64,000 bases of DNA from Guillardia theta CCMP2712 (Eukaryota > Protista > Cryptophyta). The translations under genes and the position numbers were made by a program. Positions 62,101-64,000 of this stretch are shown one piece after another; positions within the stretch are counted from its first letter, which is position 1, and each line of letters begins with the position of its first letter. The notes below the pieces were generated by a model. The model was not told the origin of the DNA, made no database searches, and saw only the letters and a program-made list of their open reading frames with translations. The stretch spans positions 422,878 through 486,877 of the forward strand of contig NW_005434661.1 of NCBI RefSeq assembly GCF_000315625.1, written 5' to 3'.

Positions 62101-64000
62101 TCACCTCTCCTCCTCCTCTTTGTCAGTCAGCATGTCAAAATCTTTCTCGTTGACCTCAACGTTCAACAAACGTGCCATGATACGTTCACTTCGCAAGCGA
62201 ACTTCTGCAAGATGAGAAGGAGAGCGTCAGCCAATCTCCTCCTCCTCCACGCCCTGGCTGAGTCACCTGAGTTGATCTCCTCCAATGATTGGATACCCCA
62301 GCTGGTCTTCTCTACTGCGTGATGTTCATGCCATGATCAGCTTCCTCTTCATCTCTCACCTAGTTGCTCCAACAACTTCTCCACCTTCTCTGCTCGCACG
62401 TCAGCAGCGCCTCCTCCTCTCCTCCCCTCACCTCGCAGAGTCTCGAAGACGAGCATCGACCAAACCACCTGCTTGTGCTCCTGCTCCCCCCGTCACTCCT
62501 AGCAGACTTCCGCACCATCAACCTGTCGCAGCTTGATGAACTTGCGGATGACGGTCTCACAGACTGAAAGTGAGTTACAACATCATCGTTCCTCCCTTTC
62601 CTTCCTCCTCCCTCGCATCTCTTCGACCTCTTCCCTCCCCTCCCTCTGCTGCCTTGCCTGTCTCTTCCGCGCTCTCGCTGATGCTCGAGCTTTCCAGCGC
62701 GCTTGAGCAGAGGGAGGACATTTCTTGCAGCTCGTCTTCCATCCACGTTACCTTGTCGTACTGCGGGAGAGCTGAGGGAGGACAGGGAGGGGGTGCAAGG
62801 AACCTCAAGGGAGGGGTGGACCAAGAACAGCACGGCTGTCACTGCCAGTCTCCCTGCGTCATCCTCCGGATCTGCCAGCTGGCTGACGGTGAAACGCTGC
62901 GGACAAGCATTAAGAGCCTCCCGCTGCTGCTACCGCTGCTGCTACCGCTGCTGCTACCGCTGCTGCTACCGCTGCTGCTACCGCTGCTGCTACCGCTGCT
63001 GACTTTTCTCTTTTGCTCGAGAATCAGATCCCTCCATTCCTCACATGCGAAGACGTGAAACCATTTCGAGCCAGTTTATCCACAAGCTCCTCACATTTCC
63101 GATGCGACCTGGCGGATGAAACAAAAAACGCGGAAAATCAGCAAGAAGAGAGGAGAGGAGAGGAGAGGAGAGGAGAGGAGAGGAGAGGAGAGGAGAGGAG
63201 AGGAGAGGAGAGGAGAGGAGAGGAGAGGAGAGGAGAGGAGAGGAGAGGAGAGGAGAGGAGAGGAGAGGAGAGGAGAGGAGAGGAGAGGAGAGGAGAGGAG
63301 AGGAGAGGAGAGGAGAGGAGAGGAGAGGAGAGGAGAGGAGAGGAGAGGAGATTCATCTTACTTGTTCACCTCCCGACCAGTCCGCATCACTTGCTGCATC
63401 ACCTGACTTCGGCTAGACGACGACAAAAGAGAGACGAGCAGCTTTTGTTGGATGGTCTCCTTGTGAGACTTGGAGGAATCTTGCATGTGATCAGCATTGC
63501 CAGACTTGCAAGGAGGAGAGGGAGGAGGGAGAAGGAGGAGAGGGAGGAGGGAGAAGGAGGAGAGGGAGGAGGGAGAAGTCCATGCAATCTCACTTACGTT
63601 CAATGAGTTCTGCAAGCAAACCGCTCTCCACCATCGTCTCCACCCCAAAGCTTTCAAGCCTGACACTCGTAAGATGCGCAGGGATCGGCAGCCTTCACCG
63701 CTCTGAGAGCTTCTGCGCCGCGTGGCTTCCCTTGAGTCTACCTCGCATTGTCTCCACCCATCGCATCAGAACCTCCACCGCCGTCGCGTCCCGTCTGCAT
63801 GTCAGTGAGACCATTCGCCATCCCCTGCCACTCCCCTCCTCCTCCCCTCCCTCCTTTCTCTCCTTCCCCTGTACTTCCCCCGAGGTTGACTCCTCCTCCT
63901 CTCCCTCCTCCTTCTCCTCTCCTCGCCCTCCTCCTTCTAATCGTCTCCCTCCTCCTCTTGACCCTCCTCCTCCTCCTCGTCGCACAGAGAGTCAAGATGA
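62101..64000 (-). CDS. Hypothetical multi-exon protein (5'-partial)
   Basis: Chain of spliceable exons ending ..EVRLRSERIMARLLNVEVNEKDFDMLTDKEEEER*. Confidence 0.5.
62921..63000. repeat. 12-bp minisatellite (CCGCTGCTGCTA)n
   Basis: About six and a half tandem units seen directly. Confidence 0.9.
63147..63351. repeat. (AGAGG)n intronic microsatellite
   Basis: Perfect pentamer run. Confidence 0.95.

Overview
This is gene-dense eukaryotic nuclear DNA with many short (~45-55 nt) GT-AG introns and abundant purine/pyrimidine microsatellites. The style resembles a cryptophyte alga (Guillardia/Hanusia-like), which is an inference only. About 18 spliced genes can be reconstructed by eye: a coiled-coil protein, an F-box-like/beta-helix protein, GPI mannosyltransferase PIG-Z, RPL10, a 46-aa microprotein, SRP9, a giant LRR + multi-TM protein, a PknB-like kinase with a long coiled coil, a ~2,350-aa ARM protein, a multidomain patatin, organellar RsmH/METTL15, a CBM20-kinesin-14 fusion, a DUF2358/SnoaL-like protein, an EHD ATPase, a PDZ/C2 protein, a TOM1-like VHS-GAT protein and several hypotheticals. 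Highlights: (1) a kinesin-14 motor with an N-terminal starch-binding CBM20 domain; (2) an H/ACA-type snoRNA candidate in RPL10 intron 1; (3) a self-nested, fold-back relic of a CRE-type (restriction-like endonuclease) non-LTR retrotransposon at 56.6-59.5 kb; (4) an in-frame TAA in an otherwise intact rsmH; (5) recurring word-biased intergenic patches upstream of genes. No CRISPR array, tRNA or rRNA was seen. Exon boundaries were read manually and outer coordinates of some genes are approximate.
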